A stretch of 61,649 bases of DNA, filler included. It is 7 parts of 7 records of this genome, joined end to end, with 100 filler letters (N's around TTAATTAATTAA, not from the genome) between each part and the next. Parts side by side here need not be neighbours in the genome. Positions count along the whole stretch, not along the records: positions 44,535 to 55,284 come from DRR723986_23378; positions 55,385 to 61,649 come from DRR723986_23383; 5 more parts are not named here. One strand, given 5' to 3'. Each line of letters opens with the position of its first letter. The first letter of the stretch is position 1. The notes under the pieces are model-generated. The model worked only from the letters and a program-made list of their open reading frames with translations, was not told the origin of the DNA and did not search any database. The translations under genes and the position numbers were made by a program. Positions 48,832 to 58,574 of the stretch are shown piece by piece.

Positions 48832-49536
48832 TTACGAGTCGGCTTCTTCAACATCAATCGTGTTCATACCATGATCAATATCAGCAATAATTGCCTCTTT
48901 CATGGCATTAACGTCGGACGACCTAAAAGCTTCAATAATTTCTTTATGTTGATCATCAACTAAACAGCTCGTGCCCAATCTACCTATTACCTGCCCCATG
49001 AAAGGACCAAATTGCAGCCAAAGGCTCTCGACCAGACCCAATATAACTTTGGTATCTGAGGCGCGGTACAATGCGAAATGAAAGGCTGTATTATATTTAG
49101 TATACCCTAAGACATTGCCGTCACGGATCGCGGCATCAAGCAAACCATCTGCCTTCTCAAGTGCACGCGTCAGTCTGTTTTTTTCTCGTGCTTTACCTTC
49201 AACCCTCTTGAGAGCGGCCTCTGCCAAAATTGGTTCCAAAGCAATTCTAGCAGCCTTAATTTCCAGCAATCTACCTTTAGTCATCTGAGAAATCATAACG
49301 CGGCGGGTTGGTGTCAACTCTAGAGCGCCCAGTGTAACTAACCTGCGGATAGCCTCACGGGCAGGCATTGCGCTGACATTAAATTCGGCAGCTAATCGCC
49401 GTACCGAGATAGCGCGGCCTGGAGCAAGCTCTCCTGCCATCAAGGCTTCCCGCAAACGGTCATATACTTGTTCATGTATAAAATTGGTGGGTTCTTGCGG
49501 CTTTTCTTTTACTTTAGGGAGCGCTTTCGCAGCCAT
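48832..49536 (-). CDS. GntR-family (FadR/FCD) regulator
   Basis: VYDRLREALMAGELAPG..LAAEFNVSAMPAREAI, NTAFHFALY, QHKEII. Confidence 0.92.
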   Translation of the reverse strand: MAAKALPKVKEKPQEPTNFIHEQVYDRLREALMAGELAPGRAISVRRLAAEFNVSAMPAREAIRRLVTLGALELTPTRRVMISQMTKGRLLEIKAARIALEPILAEAALKRVEGKAREKNRLTRALEKADGLLDAAIRDGNVLGYTKYNTAFHFALYRASDTKVILGLVESLWLQFGPFMGQVIGRLGTSCLVDDQHKEIIEAFRSSDVNAMKEAIIADIDHGMNTIDVEEADS

Positions 49537-49692
49537 TTTTTACTCCGGAATTATTGTTAAGCCTAACTTCGCCATGAGGGGCATTTTCATAATCTAATGT
49601 TCCATAGCATATTAGCCTGCATGACCAAGCTAGGCTGCCGTTGAACCTTAATAACACGCTTTGGCAATCGCTTGTCAGAGTCTTTTTGTCCG

Positions 49693-49722
49693 TTGACGTT
49701 TTTAGTTTTTTGTGATCACATT
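49693..49722 (+). promoter_or_regulatory. Candidate promoter with overlapping GntR operator (copy 2)
   Basis: TTGACG at 49693-98 followed by the perfect palindrome TGTGATCACA at 49711-20. Confidence 0.5.
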
Positions 49723-49894
49723 CTTGTCAGAAAATTTAAATACCAAACTATTTGAGTTTGGCCTGTATATGTAAATTAAAATAGTGCCACAACACCAATC
49801 TATTTAACCGAATTATACAGGTGATACGCGATCTCGATTGAGACAACTGCATTATTTATTTGCGGCCAAACATTGGAAGCCTAGGGGGTATAGA

Positions 49895-51304
49895 ATGACA
49901 GAAGACTTTGGGACCGCCGATCGTTCAAATAAAATGGGACATAATCTGGACACCTCCTATTATCAGGCCTTGGATAACGCACATCATTTGCATCCATTTA
50001 GTGTCCACCATGAGCTACGCGACCAAAAGCCGCGCGTAATAACCAAAGGAAAAGGTGTTTACCTGTGGGACTCTGATGGTAACCGGATCATTGATGGCAT
50101 GGCCGGGCTTTGGTGCACTCAAATTGGATTCGGCGTTGAGGAGTTAGCCGATGTGGCGGCTGATGCGATCAAATCACTCAGTTATTACAACACCTTTTTT
50201 CAAACAACGACACCCGCAGTCGCTGACTTAGGTGCATTAATCGCTGAAAAAACACCTGCGGACCTAAACCAGTTGTTTTTCGCAAGCTCCGGTTCGGAGG
50301 CCAACGATAGCGCCATCAAACTTATCTGGTACTATTGGAATCTTAAAAACCAGCCCCAGAAAAAAGCCATTATTAGCCGTGAACGGGCCTATCACGGCAC
50401 GACAATTGGTGCTGCAAGCTTAACCGGATTGCCGTTCATGCACGGTATTTTCGATCTGCCGTTACCCAACATTCACCATATCGGGCCAACGCCGCATTAT
50501 TATGAATATGGGCAAAACGGTGAAAGCGAAACGGAGTTTGCAACCCGCTGCGCCAAGTCTCTTGAAGATAAAATTCTGGAATTAGGGCCCGAAAATGTGG
50601 CGGCCTTCATTGGTGAGCCGGTTATGGGCGCTGGTGGCCTTATGACACCACCAGAAGGATATTGGCAACAAATAGAAGCCATTTGTCGCAAATACGACGT
50701 ATTGCTTTGGTCCGATGAGGTAATCTGCGGTTTTGGCAGAACCGGGTCTTGGTTTGGTTGCCAAACTTATGGTTACTCCCCTGATATCATCACTATGGCG
50801 AAAGGCATGTCCAGCGGCTATGTACCCATTTCGGCAGTTGCCCTGAATGATGAAATTGCCAATACGATTGTTCAATCAAATGACGAAATGGCACATGGTT
50901 TTACCTATTCGGGTCATCCTGTCGCTTGCTCGGTTGCCCTTCGAAATATTCAACTTTTGGAAGAAATGGAACTTGTCGGTGCAAGAGGCGAAAAAACAGC
51001 CGAACATTTCCAAGCTTGCCTCAATTCATTGATGGACCACCCGCTTGTCGGTCAGACACGGGGCGTTGGTATGCTGGGTGCTATAGAATTAGTGAAAGAC
51101 AAGCAGTCGGGAAAGAGGCATTCACCTGAAGGACATGCTGGCACAACATGCAGAAACTTCTGCTTCTCTACCGGCGTTATCATGCGCGCAGTGGGCGACA
51201 CAATGTTCTTATCTCCGCCCTTGGTGATTACAGAGAGCGAAACAGATGAAATGTTTAGCCTAATCCGCCGCAGCCTCGACAAAACATACGCGGCCTTGTC
51301 TTAA
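49895..51304 (+). CDS. Class III aminotransferase (SpuC-like omega-amine transaminase)
   Basis: HHLHPF, DGMAGLWC, SGSEAND, AYHGTT, FIGEPVMGAGG, DEVICGFGRTG, AKGMSSGY, HGFTYSGHP. Confidence 0.92.
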   Translation: MTEDFGTADRSNKMGHNLDTSYYQALDNAHHLHPFSVHHELRDQKPRVITKGKGVYLWDSDGNRIIDGMAGLWCTQIGFGVEELADVAADAIKSLSYYNTFFQTTTPAVADLGALIAEKTPADLNQLFFASSGSEANDSAIKLIWYYWNLKNQPQKKAIISRERAYHGTTIGAASLTGLPFMHGIFDLPLPNIHHIGPTPHYYEYGQNGESETEFATRCAKSLEDKILELGPENVAAFIGEPVMGAGGLMTPPEGYWQQIEAICRKYDVLLWSDEVICGFGRTGSWFGCQTYGYSPDIITMAKGMSSGYVPISAVALNDEIANTIVQSNDEMAHGFTYSGHPVACSVALRNIQLLEEMELVGARGEKTAEHFQACLNSLMDHPLVGQTRGVGMLGAIELVKDKQSGKRHSPEGHAGTTCRNFCFSTGVIMRAVGDTMFLSPPLVITESETDEMFSLIRRSLDKTYAALS

Positions 51305-51352
51305 AGTGTGATGGGTGCTGACCTTTTGGAATATTTTTCTGATGGATAAAAA

Positions 51353-51820
51353 ATGGACATAAAAAAGGCAACGTTTGCCGACATCGAAAAGGTGGCCCCT
51401 TTGTTTGATTCTTATCGTCAGTTTTACGAGCAAAAACCAGACCGAAAGCTTGCTGAAACTTATCTACATGAGAGAATGAAAAACGGTGACTGCACAATTT
51501 TCATTGCATGCGAAGACGACAGCAGAATTGTCGGCTTTACCTTATTGTATCCTTCTTTTTGCTCGGTAGACGCGCAAAAAACCTGGGTTCTTTATGATCT
51601 GTTTGTAGAGCAGTCGGAACGACGAAAAGGTGTTGCGGAAGAGTTGCTGAAAGCGGCTCAATCCTTTGCTCAGAAGTCAGGCGCTGTTTGGTTAAAACTG
51701 GAAACGGCCCTGACAAATATTCCCGGTCAAAAGCTATATGAGAAAATGGGTTGGGAACGAGACAATGACTTTTACACATATTTTTTCCACTTGCCCGCAC
51801 CTGACGAAGACACAGAGTAA
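51353..51820 (+). CDS. GNAT-family N-acetyltransferase
   Basis: LFDSYRQFY, GFTLLYPSF, LYDLFV..RRKGVA, QKLYEKMGW. Confidence 0.9.
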   Translation: MDIKKATFADIEKVAPLFDSYRQFYEQKPDRKLAETYLHERMKNGDCTIFIACEDDSRIVGFTLLYPSFCSVDAQKTWVLYDLFVEQSERRKGVAEELLKAAQSFAQKSGAVWLKLETALTNIPGQKLYEKMGWERDNDFYTYFFHLPAPDEDTE

Positions 51821-51829
51821 AAAAACAGA

Positions 51830-52612
51830 ATGACGATTGGCACAAAACAATATGACGCGATCATTGTGGGGGCAGGCCATAATGGCCTGACCAACGCCAG
51901 TTTTCTGGCTAAATCGGGCCTTGATGTACTGGTGCTGGAAAAGAACGACTATGTTGGCGGCGCAACAGTTTCCCGAGAGCTGGAGCCCGGCTGGTTCTAT
52001 TCAAATTGTTCTTATGTGTGCAGTCTATTTCGACCAGAAATATACCAAGCCCTAGACCTCGGACGGCACGGCCTAGAGATAGTCCCGCTTCAAGGCAGCG
52101 CCACATTAACCCAATCCGGTGATTATTTTGGCAGTTATCACCAATCTGACATACGCCGCCCAGTCCAACATCCCTGAGGCCACAGGACTTCATGGAATTT
52201 GCATATTTATTAAAGAAATTTCATGAGCTTACAGAGCAGCAAATATACGAGTTTATTCGTTTTTTCACTATGTCTATTGCCGAATATCTCGAAGAATATT
52301 TCGAAAATGACCTGATTTTAAAGACCTTTTGGTACACACTGCAATTAGGACACCAAAAGAGTTAGAGGCTGAAGTTGGTCTCACAGCGGTAACATTTTTC
52401 AAGGCGAGCTGACCCTTGATCAATTGCTATTTAACAGGCCATTTCCGGGCTATGCCCAGTATCGTGGGCCTGTTCAAAATATGTATATGTGCAGTTCGTC
52501 TAATCATCCGGGTGGCGGTGTCATGGGCGCACCTGGGGCAAACGCTGCCAGAGAAATTTTGCGCGACTTTAAAAAGCCAAATTTAACGCCGGAGGACTTT
52601 GGTGATGACTAA
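51830..52612 (+). pseudogene. Phytoene-dehydrogenase-like FAD oxidoreductase, internally deleted and frameshifted
   Basis: N-term IVGAGHNGL..YSNCSYVCSLFRPEI; middle PTSLRPQD..FFTMSIAEYLEEYFENDLI; C-term RTPKELEAEVGLT / GNIFQGELTLDQLLFNRP..HPGGGVMGAPG; pieces lie in different frames within only 783 nt. Confidence 0.8.
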
Positions 52613-52733
52613 ACCCTCCGTAGCAATCATAGGCGGCGGCCATAATGGGCTAATTTGCGCAATATATTTGGCAAAAGCTGGTATGCAGGTAACGCTATTT
52701 GAAGCCAGCAGCAGCGAAGGCGGCAAACAATAG
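52605..52733 (+). pseudogene. Second FAD oxidoreductase, only the 42-aa Rossmann start remains
   Basis: MTKPSVAIIGGGHNGLICAIYLAKAGMQVTLFEASSSEGGKQ*; start overlaps the previous stop. Confidence 0.75.
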
Positions 52734-52817
52734 CATTAGTTTAACACGCCTAACTAACAGTGAAAATATCATGCAGCTACACGTCCTTTACAAGTAATCA
52801 ACAAGTCAAATATTAGG

Positions 52818-55271
52818 TCAGAAGCCTCGATAAATACCTATTCGAACTTCTCTCGGCCGCACAGTGAATACGCGATTATCCGAGAATCTTGGCCAGATAT
52901 AAGTTATGGCACGTTCATCCCACAAGTTATTAACTGACAATCGCACTTCCCAATCATTTTCAGAGCGCACACCAAATGATAAATCACCTATCTGATAAGA
53001 TGGCTGAGTTGCAGGGGATGTTGAACCTGCACCGAACAATGACACAGAAGCCTGCGTTCCGTTTGTCGAACTGCCCGTAAAGCTATAATCAAATCGGGCG
53101 AAGCCTTCCATACCGTCCCATGGCAGCTCAGTTACATAATTGACACCTGCAGTGTACTTCCACTTCGGTGTTGCAGGTAACCTGTCACCTGCCAGGCCTG
53201 CAACCACAGCACCGTTTGCAAGAATCACGTCTTCATCTAGCGTCGCGTCAATATATGTGAATGCTGTTGACAGTTCTAAATTCGAAGTGGCTTTAAAGGC
53301 AAACTGCCCCTCGAAACCATTGATTGAGGCGTTACCCGCGTTAACAATTGTTACCCCTGCTATCGGCAATGCTGTTTGAATTTGGAAGTCTTTCCAATTC
53401 ATCATAAATGCAGACATATTGGCAACCAGTCGGCCATCCATTAACGTTGACTTAAAGCCTACCTCATAGTTTGTTAGAACATCGCCGTCAAAAGCATCAG
53501 GTGCAACTGCCAATTGTGCAGGTGTCTGCACACCGCCGTTTCGACCACCAATTCTTGCACCCTCAGAGCGCGTGAAGTAGGCAAGGAAGTTACCATCGGT
53601 CTTATATGTCAAATTGATACGTGAATTAAAGTCAGTGGTTGTTTGGGTTTCGTCAAAACTATCAGATAGAGTTCCTACAAACAGATAATTCTCTGATACA
53701 CGGAAGTCAGTTGTAAACCAACGCCCCCCGGCAGAAATTGATAACCTATCAGTCAAATCGTAGATTAGCTCACCGAAGAAGGCGAAAGACTCGATATCAC
53801 CGCGGTAACCATTGAAATCATTACCAGCAAGGCCGCCATATGTCTGGCCTGCCCGGAAACCTTGGTCAAACCAATCTTCCGTTGGTGCAACTCCGTAATA
53901 GGTAAATACTGAGCCACCAGGCCCGCCGAATTCGTCAAAGTCATCAACTTGAGACAGGTAATCCCAATCGTTATTCGTGCGCTCGTAAAAAGCACCTGCA
54001 ACCCAGCTAAATCTGCTCTCGCTATTTTCTTTTGAGGTTAAGCGAATTTCCTGCACAAACGAGCGAACCCGTTGGTCCAAACTAATTTGACCAGTCGGAT
54101 TTGGTCCAAAATCATTATAGTTCACAAAGCATGTATAATAAGCGGCACATGTTGCGTAATCCTGGAATGCTGGCGTACCGGTATAATAGGCAATTAAGTC
54201 AAGGCCTGCATCACGGTATGACGTCATATAAGCGGTTGAATCTATATCATAGTCAATGATTCTGGAGTGATAACCAGATGCCATTGTCAAGTCAGCAAAG
54301 CCAAGGTCACCCTCAATTGTTAAAGATAGGTTGTACCAATCATCTTCCCTGTTCTCATCCTTAAACTTGATTGTATTCAAGTCTCCAAATGCAGGGTTGA
54401 AATCAAACAGGCTATCAAGGGTACTTTGTTGGTAAATAATTCCAGCGGTAATCGACCAGTCTTCAGTGGGCTTAAAGAGCACAGTACCACGCAAGCCACC
54501 ACCACTATAGTCGTTGATATCGTCCTCAACAAAAGCCGCGTTATCACGAGTGCCATTGTTCGGGGAATAATCACCGGTGGTACCCAGCACATTGTCGATA
54601 TAGCCACCTTCGTACTCGTAGAAGCCGACGAGACGGACAGCTAGCTTATCTTTCACCAAAGGGATATTAACTGCCCCGCTGAAGTCATAGCTTCCTTCAC
54701 CAAAGCGCGTAGTACCTGCGCCAATCTCCATCCAGCCTTCAAACTCTTCAACGTTAGGTTTGTTAGTTACAATTTTCAGAGTTCCAGATTGAGACCCGGC
54801 ACCATAAATTGTTGGTTGAGGGCCTGATAAAGCCTCAATACGCTCAATATCTATAAGCCGCACATCGGGGTTTTGCCCGTCCCGTGTAATTGGAATTTCG
54901 TCCAAATACATAATTGACGAACTAATCGTATCAAAACCCGTTGGTTGAGACAGCGCACCGCGGAAGGCAATTGTGGTTGCACCAGGCGAGGACGTGCCAA
55001 ATGATACGCTGGTTAATTCCTTGGCATAATCCTGAAAGTCTCTAAGTCCCTGCTCACGGATAGCCTTAGTGTCATAAGCCTGCACGGAGAGAGGCACATC
55101 TTGTAAGCGTTGTGCCCTTTTGCGCGCGGTTACAATAATTTCCTCAAGCGACAAACTTTCGTCATCCGTTTGGTTATCCTGCGCATAAACAGCACCGGGC
55201 ATACCGATGATCGCGCTTATTCCAATCCATGACACACTCAATCGCAATGTGGCTTTTGTAATAGCAGGCAT
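52818..55271 (-). CDS. TonB-dependent receptor
   Basis: TonB box EEIIVTARKR, IERIEALSGPQPTIYG, NNLWDE, C-terminal Phe. Confidence 0.93.
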   Translation of the reverse strand: MPAITKATLRLSVSWIGISAIIGMPGAVYAQDNQTDDESLSLEEIIVTARKRAQRLQDVPLSVQAYDTKAIREQGLRDFQDYAKELTSVSFGTSSPGATTIAFRGALSQPTGFDTISSSIMYLDEIPITRDGQNPDVRLIDIERIEALSGPQPTIYGAGSQSGTLKIVTNKPNVEEFEGWMEIGAGTTRFGEGSYDFSGAVNIPLVKDKLAVRLVGFYEYEGGYIDNVLGTTGDYSPNNGTRDNAAFVEDDINDYSGGGLRGTVLFKPTEDWSITAGIIYQQSTLDSLFDFNPAFGDLNTIKFKDENREDDWYNLSLTIEGDLGFADLTMASGYHSRIIDYDIDSTAYMTSYRDAGLDLIAYYTGTPAFQDYATCAAYYTCFVNYNDFGPNPTGQISLDQRVRSFVQEIRLTSKENSESRFSWVAGAFYERTNNDWDYLSQVDDFDEFGGPGGSVFTYYGVAPTEDWFDQGFRAGQTYGGLAGNDFNGYRGDIESFAFFGELIYDLTDRLSISAGGRWFTTDFRVSENYLFVGTLSDSFDETQTTTDFNSRINLTYKTDGNFLAYFTRSEGARIGGRNGGVQTPAQLAVAPDAFDGDVLTNYEVGFKSTLMDGRLVANMSAFMMNWKDFQIQTALPIAGVTIVNAGNASINGFEGQFAFKATSNLELSTAFTYIDATLDEDVILANGAVVAGLAGDRLPATPKWKYTAGVNYVTELPWDGMEGFARFDYSFTGSSTNGTQASVSLFGAGSTSPATQPSYQIGDLSFGVRSENDWEVRLSVNNLWDERAITYIWPRFSDNRVFTVRPREVRIGIYRGF

Positions 55272-55284
55272 AGGTATCCCCCGA

Positions 55285-55384
55285 NNNNNNNNNNNNNNNN
55301 NNNNNNNNNNNNNNNNNNNNNNNNNNNNTTAATTAATTAANNNNNNNNNNNNNNNNNNNNNNNNNNNNNNNNNNNNNNNNNNNN
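55285..55384. other. Artificial contig linker
   Basis: N44-TTAATTAATTAA-N44. Confidence 0.98.
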
Positions 55385-55645
55385 CTGACCTATAACTGGG
55401 ATGGCGATGATGGCTTGCCATCGGACAGCCGGCACTTTGGCCATCTCGCCTATGCGGTCGATGATATTTACGAAATGTGTCAGTATCTTATGGACAATGG
55501 CGTCACCATGAACCGGCCACCGCGCGACGGGCGCATGGCCTTCGTGCGCTCGCCCGACAATGTCTCGGTCGAGCTGTTGCAGGCAGGCGATGCACTTGCC
55601 CCGGCTGAACCTTGGGTCAGCATGCCCAACATCGGGCATTGGTGA
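55385..55645 (+). CDS. Lactoylglutathione lyase / VOC family, C-terminal part
   Basis: [42 protein letters not shown]. Confidence 0.88.
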   Translation: MTYNWDGDDGLPSDSRHFGHLAYAVDDIYEMCQYLMDNGVTMNRPPRDGRMAFVRSPDNVSVELLQAGDALAPAEPWVSMPNIGHW

Positions 55646-56328
55646 TCCGCGGGGCTCTCCTGGCGCTTGGTCTGGCGCTGCTCTCGGGCCCGGCGGCCGC
55701 GCAGCAGACCTGTCGGCTTGCGCTTTTGCTGGCGCTTGATGTCTCGGCCTCGGTGGATGAGGCCGAGCATCAGATCCAGCGCAACGGGCTGGCCGCGGCG
55801 CTTCTGGCGCCCGAGGTGCTGGACCCGCTGCTGAATGGCCCCGGCCCGGTCGCACTGGCGATCTATGAATGGTCAGGGCGCTTTCAGCAGGATGTGATCT
55901 CGGAATGGCGGCTGGTCACCTCGCGCGCGCAGGTGCTGGAGATCGTGGAGGAATTGCAGACCACCCCACGCACAGCCGGGGAGTTCCCCACAGCGATTGG
56001 CTACGCCATCGGCTTTGCCGCCACCATGTTCGACCGCGCGCCGGACTGTCTTTTTCAGACGCTGGACGTTGCGGGCGACGGCCAGAACAATGACGGCTTC
56101 CCCCCGGCTCTCGCCTATGAACATTTCCCCCTCGACGGTGTCACGGTGAACGGGCTTGCCATTGGCGGGGCCAGCCGCCGGATCGAGGAATATTTTGAAG
56201 CGGAAATCATCCGTGGTCCGGGATCGTTCGTGGAACATGCCCTCAACCATCAGGAATTCGAGGCCGCCATGCGCCGCAAGCTGGAACGCGAATTGCGGGT
56301 CATGGTGCTTGGGGCGATCATTCCCTGA
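55642..56328 (+). CDS. DUF1194 (vWA-like) periplasmic protein
   Basis: [50 protein letters not shown]. Confidence 0.88.
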   Translation: MIRGALLALGLALLSGPAAAQQTCRLALLLALDVSASVDEAEHQIQRNGLAAALLAPEVLDPLLNGPGPVALAIYEWSGRFQQDVISEWRLVTSRAQVLEIVEELQTTPRTAGEFPTAIGYAIGFAATMFDRAPDCLFQTLDVAGDGQNNDGFPPALAYEHFPLDGVTVNGLAIGGASRRIEEYFEAEIIRGPGSFVEHALNHQEFEAAMRRKLERELRVMVLGAIIP

Positions 56329-56485
56329 GCGCCCTGAGAACGCTCTTTCACCAGCGTTTTCGCGGCCCGGCACGGGCCGCGCGGATCGACATGGCGAAGC
56401 CACGGCGAAAAACCCCTCAAGACAGAGCCCGACACCCGGCTCGCGCGCCTGGACCAAGCACGCGGAAGCGTGCAGCGAAAACGGC

Positions 56486-56839
56486 TCAGACCGGCAGCAG
56501 CGCCGCGCCGACGCGGCGGCCTTCGGCCAGCAGCACGTTATAGGTGCGCGCCGCAGAAGGCGATCCCATCGGTTCCAGCGGCAGCTCTGCGGCCTCCAGC
56601 ACGCGGCGCAGATCTGCGGGCAGGGGGGCCATGTCGGCCCCGGTGCCGATCAGCAGAACATCAAGCGCCCCGGCCAGCGCCACCAGCGCGCCGGTATCCT
56701 CCAGCCCGCCCCAGCTGCGCACCCCATCCGGCAGGCACAGAACCGGCCCCTGAAGGACCTCGCCGCCCACCCGGAAAAAGCCCGGTCCATAGCCATCAAC
56801 CGGCCGTGCTTCGCCAAAGCTGATTTCGTTCAACTGCAT
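56486..56839 (-). CDS. Mth938-like protein
   Basis: PVDGYGPGFFRVGG, DVLLIGTG, AARTYNVLLAEGRRVGAAL. Confidence 0.9.
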   Translation of the reverse strand: MQLNEISFGEARPVDGYGPGFFRVGGEVLQGPVLCLPDGVRSWGGLEDTGALVALAGALDVLLIGTGADMAPLPADLRRVLEAAELPLEPMGSPSAARTYNVLLAEGRRVGAALLPV

Positions 56840-56853
56840 CTTGTCGAGTCCCT

Positions 56854-57606
56854 TCAGTCCCAGATCGGCAGCCCGGTGATCAGCGCCAGCCCGATCACAC
56901 CGTAGGCGGCCCCTCGATACAGCGTTTCATAGCGCGGATCAAACAGCGCCTGCCCGATCAGCGAGGTCAGGAAATAAGGCACCGACAGGATCAACGCCAG
57001 AACCACCACGCCGAGCCCAACCGACCCGCGCAGCAGCAGGTTGCCCACGACAACCACGTCAAGCATGGCGAGGAACAGGATCGTATTGGCGCGCACCGAG
57101 GCCACGCCGCTCTGCCCCGCAAGATAGAACAGGATCACCGCAGGCCCCGTCAGCCCGGTCAGCCCGCCAATGCCGCCCGCCGCTGCGCCGATGCCCAGCA
57201 ACCCCGGTGTCGCGACCCGGCCACGATAGCGCCAGCCAGCGATGAGGGCGGTCAGCGTCACGGCGGCCACGCCTGCCACGATCCAGCGCACCGCGTCTCG
57301 GTCCAGCTGCGTCAGCAGCCAAAGGCCGAGGGGCACCGTCACCAGAGCTGCCAGCCCCATCGTTCCCACTTCGCGCCGGTCCGCCTGTCCCCAGGCGCGC
57401 GGCAGAAGGGCTGCGGTGCTGGCCACGCCGGTCAGCGTGATCAGCGCGATCACCCGCTCTGGTTCGAGGAATATGCCCGCCACGGGCACGAAGATCAGGG
57501 CCGTTCCAAAGCCGGTGAACCCGCGCACGATCCCTGCGGCTGCGATGGTCAACAGCAGCCAGACCAGCCCCGGCGTCGCCAGGGCCGTGGCCAGGATCTC
57601 AGGCAT
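56854..57606 (-). CDS. TauE/SafE (TSUP) family exporter
   Basis: AGIVRGFTGFGTALIFVP, GGLTGLTGPAVILFYL; about 8 TM helices. Confidence 0.85.
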   Translation of the reverse strand: MPEILATALATPGLVWLLLTIAAAGIVRGFTGFGTALIFVPVAGIFLEPERVIALITLTGVASTAALLPRAWGQADRREVGTMGLAALVTVPLGLWLLTQLDRDAVRWIVAGVAAVTLTALIAGWRYRGRVATPGLLGIGAAAGGIGGLTGLTGPAVILFYLAGQSGVASVRANTILFLAMLDVVVVGNLLLRGSVGLGVVVLALILSVPYFLTSLIGQALFDPRYETLYRGAAYGVIGLALITGLPIWD

Positions 57607-58570
57607 CAATGTTGGCGAACTGGGTGCCGCCCCCGCCGCCATCGGTCTTGGTCCAATCCCGCTTGACCCCAAGGCGCATCAGCAGCGACGACGCCACGAA
57701 GACCGAGCTATAGGTGCCCACGACAATGCCCCAGATCATCGCGAACACGAACCCGCGGATCACGTCGCCGCCCAGAACGAACAGTGCGATCAGCGCAATC
57801 AGGGTGGTGAACGAGGTCATGAACGTCCGGCTCAGCGTGTCGTTGATCGAAACATTCAGCAGGTCCTTCAGTTCCATCTTCTTGTATTTGCGCAGATTCT
57901 CGCGGACCCGGTCGAAGACGATCACCGTATCGTTGAGCGAATAGCCGACGATGGTCAGCAGCGCTGCGATAATGGCCAGATCGAAGCGGATCTGAAGCAG
58001 ACAGAAAATGCCGATGGTCAGCGTTACGTCATGGATCAGCGCGATCACCGCACCGACTGAGAACTGCCATTCGAAGCGCAGCCAGATATAGATAAGCACC
58101 GCCCCGATGGCGAGCGTCACCGCAAGGATGGCGGTTTGCACCAGCTCACCCGACACGGTCGGGCCGACGCTTTCGACCGAGGGGAAGGTGATCGTCGGAT
58201 CGACCTGCTGCAAGACGGCCTCGATGGCGGCGATGGTCTCTGCCGTCACCGATTCCTGACCGTCCTGGGCCTGCACGTTGATAAGCGCCACATGCTCATC
58301 TTCGTCAAAGGTCGGGTCAAAGACTTCGGTGATCGATATATCGCCAAGGTTCAGCTCTTGCAGGGCCTCCCGATAGGCTCTCACGTCGACAGCGGAATGG
58401 GCATCGGTTCGGATCGTGGTGCCGCCCCGGAAGTCGATGCCGAAATTCAGGCCAACGACGAAAAACAGCACGATCGAGGCGATCACGGCAAGGCAGGACG
58501 CCCCAAGCGTAATCGTGTCGAAGCGGAAGAAATTCCAGTTCGTCTCGGACGGAACAAGCTTCAGACGCAT
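57599..58570 (-). CDS. secF: Protein translocase subunit SecF
   Basis: GLNFGIDFRGG, VGPTVSGEL, IHDV, GYSLNDTVIVFDRVRE, GTYSSVFVA. Confidence 0.96.
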   Translation of the reverse strand: MRLKLVPSETNWNFFRFDTITLGASCLAVIASIVLFFVVGLNFGIDFRGGTTIRTDAHSAVDVRAYREALQELNLGDISITEVFDPTFDEDEHVALINVQAQDGQESVTAETIAAIEAVLQQVDPTITFPSVESVGPTVSGELVQTAILAVTLAIGAVLIYIWLRFEWQFSVGAVIALIHDVTLTIGIFCLLQIRFDLAIIAALLTIVGYSLNDTVIVFDRVRENLRKYKKMELKDLLNVSINDTLSRTFMTSFTTLIALIALFVLGGDVIRGFVFAMIWGIVVGTYSSVFVASSLLMRLGVKRDWTKTDGGGGGTQFANIDA

Positions 58571-58574
58571 CGGA

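Noticed and set aside
5819-55384. Six regularly recurring TTAATTAATTAA motifs
   Set aside because: Each sits inside an identical N-padded 100-nt spacer with stops in all frames. They are artificial joins, so adjacency across them has no biological meaning.
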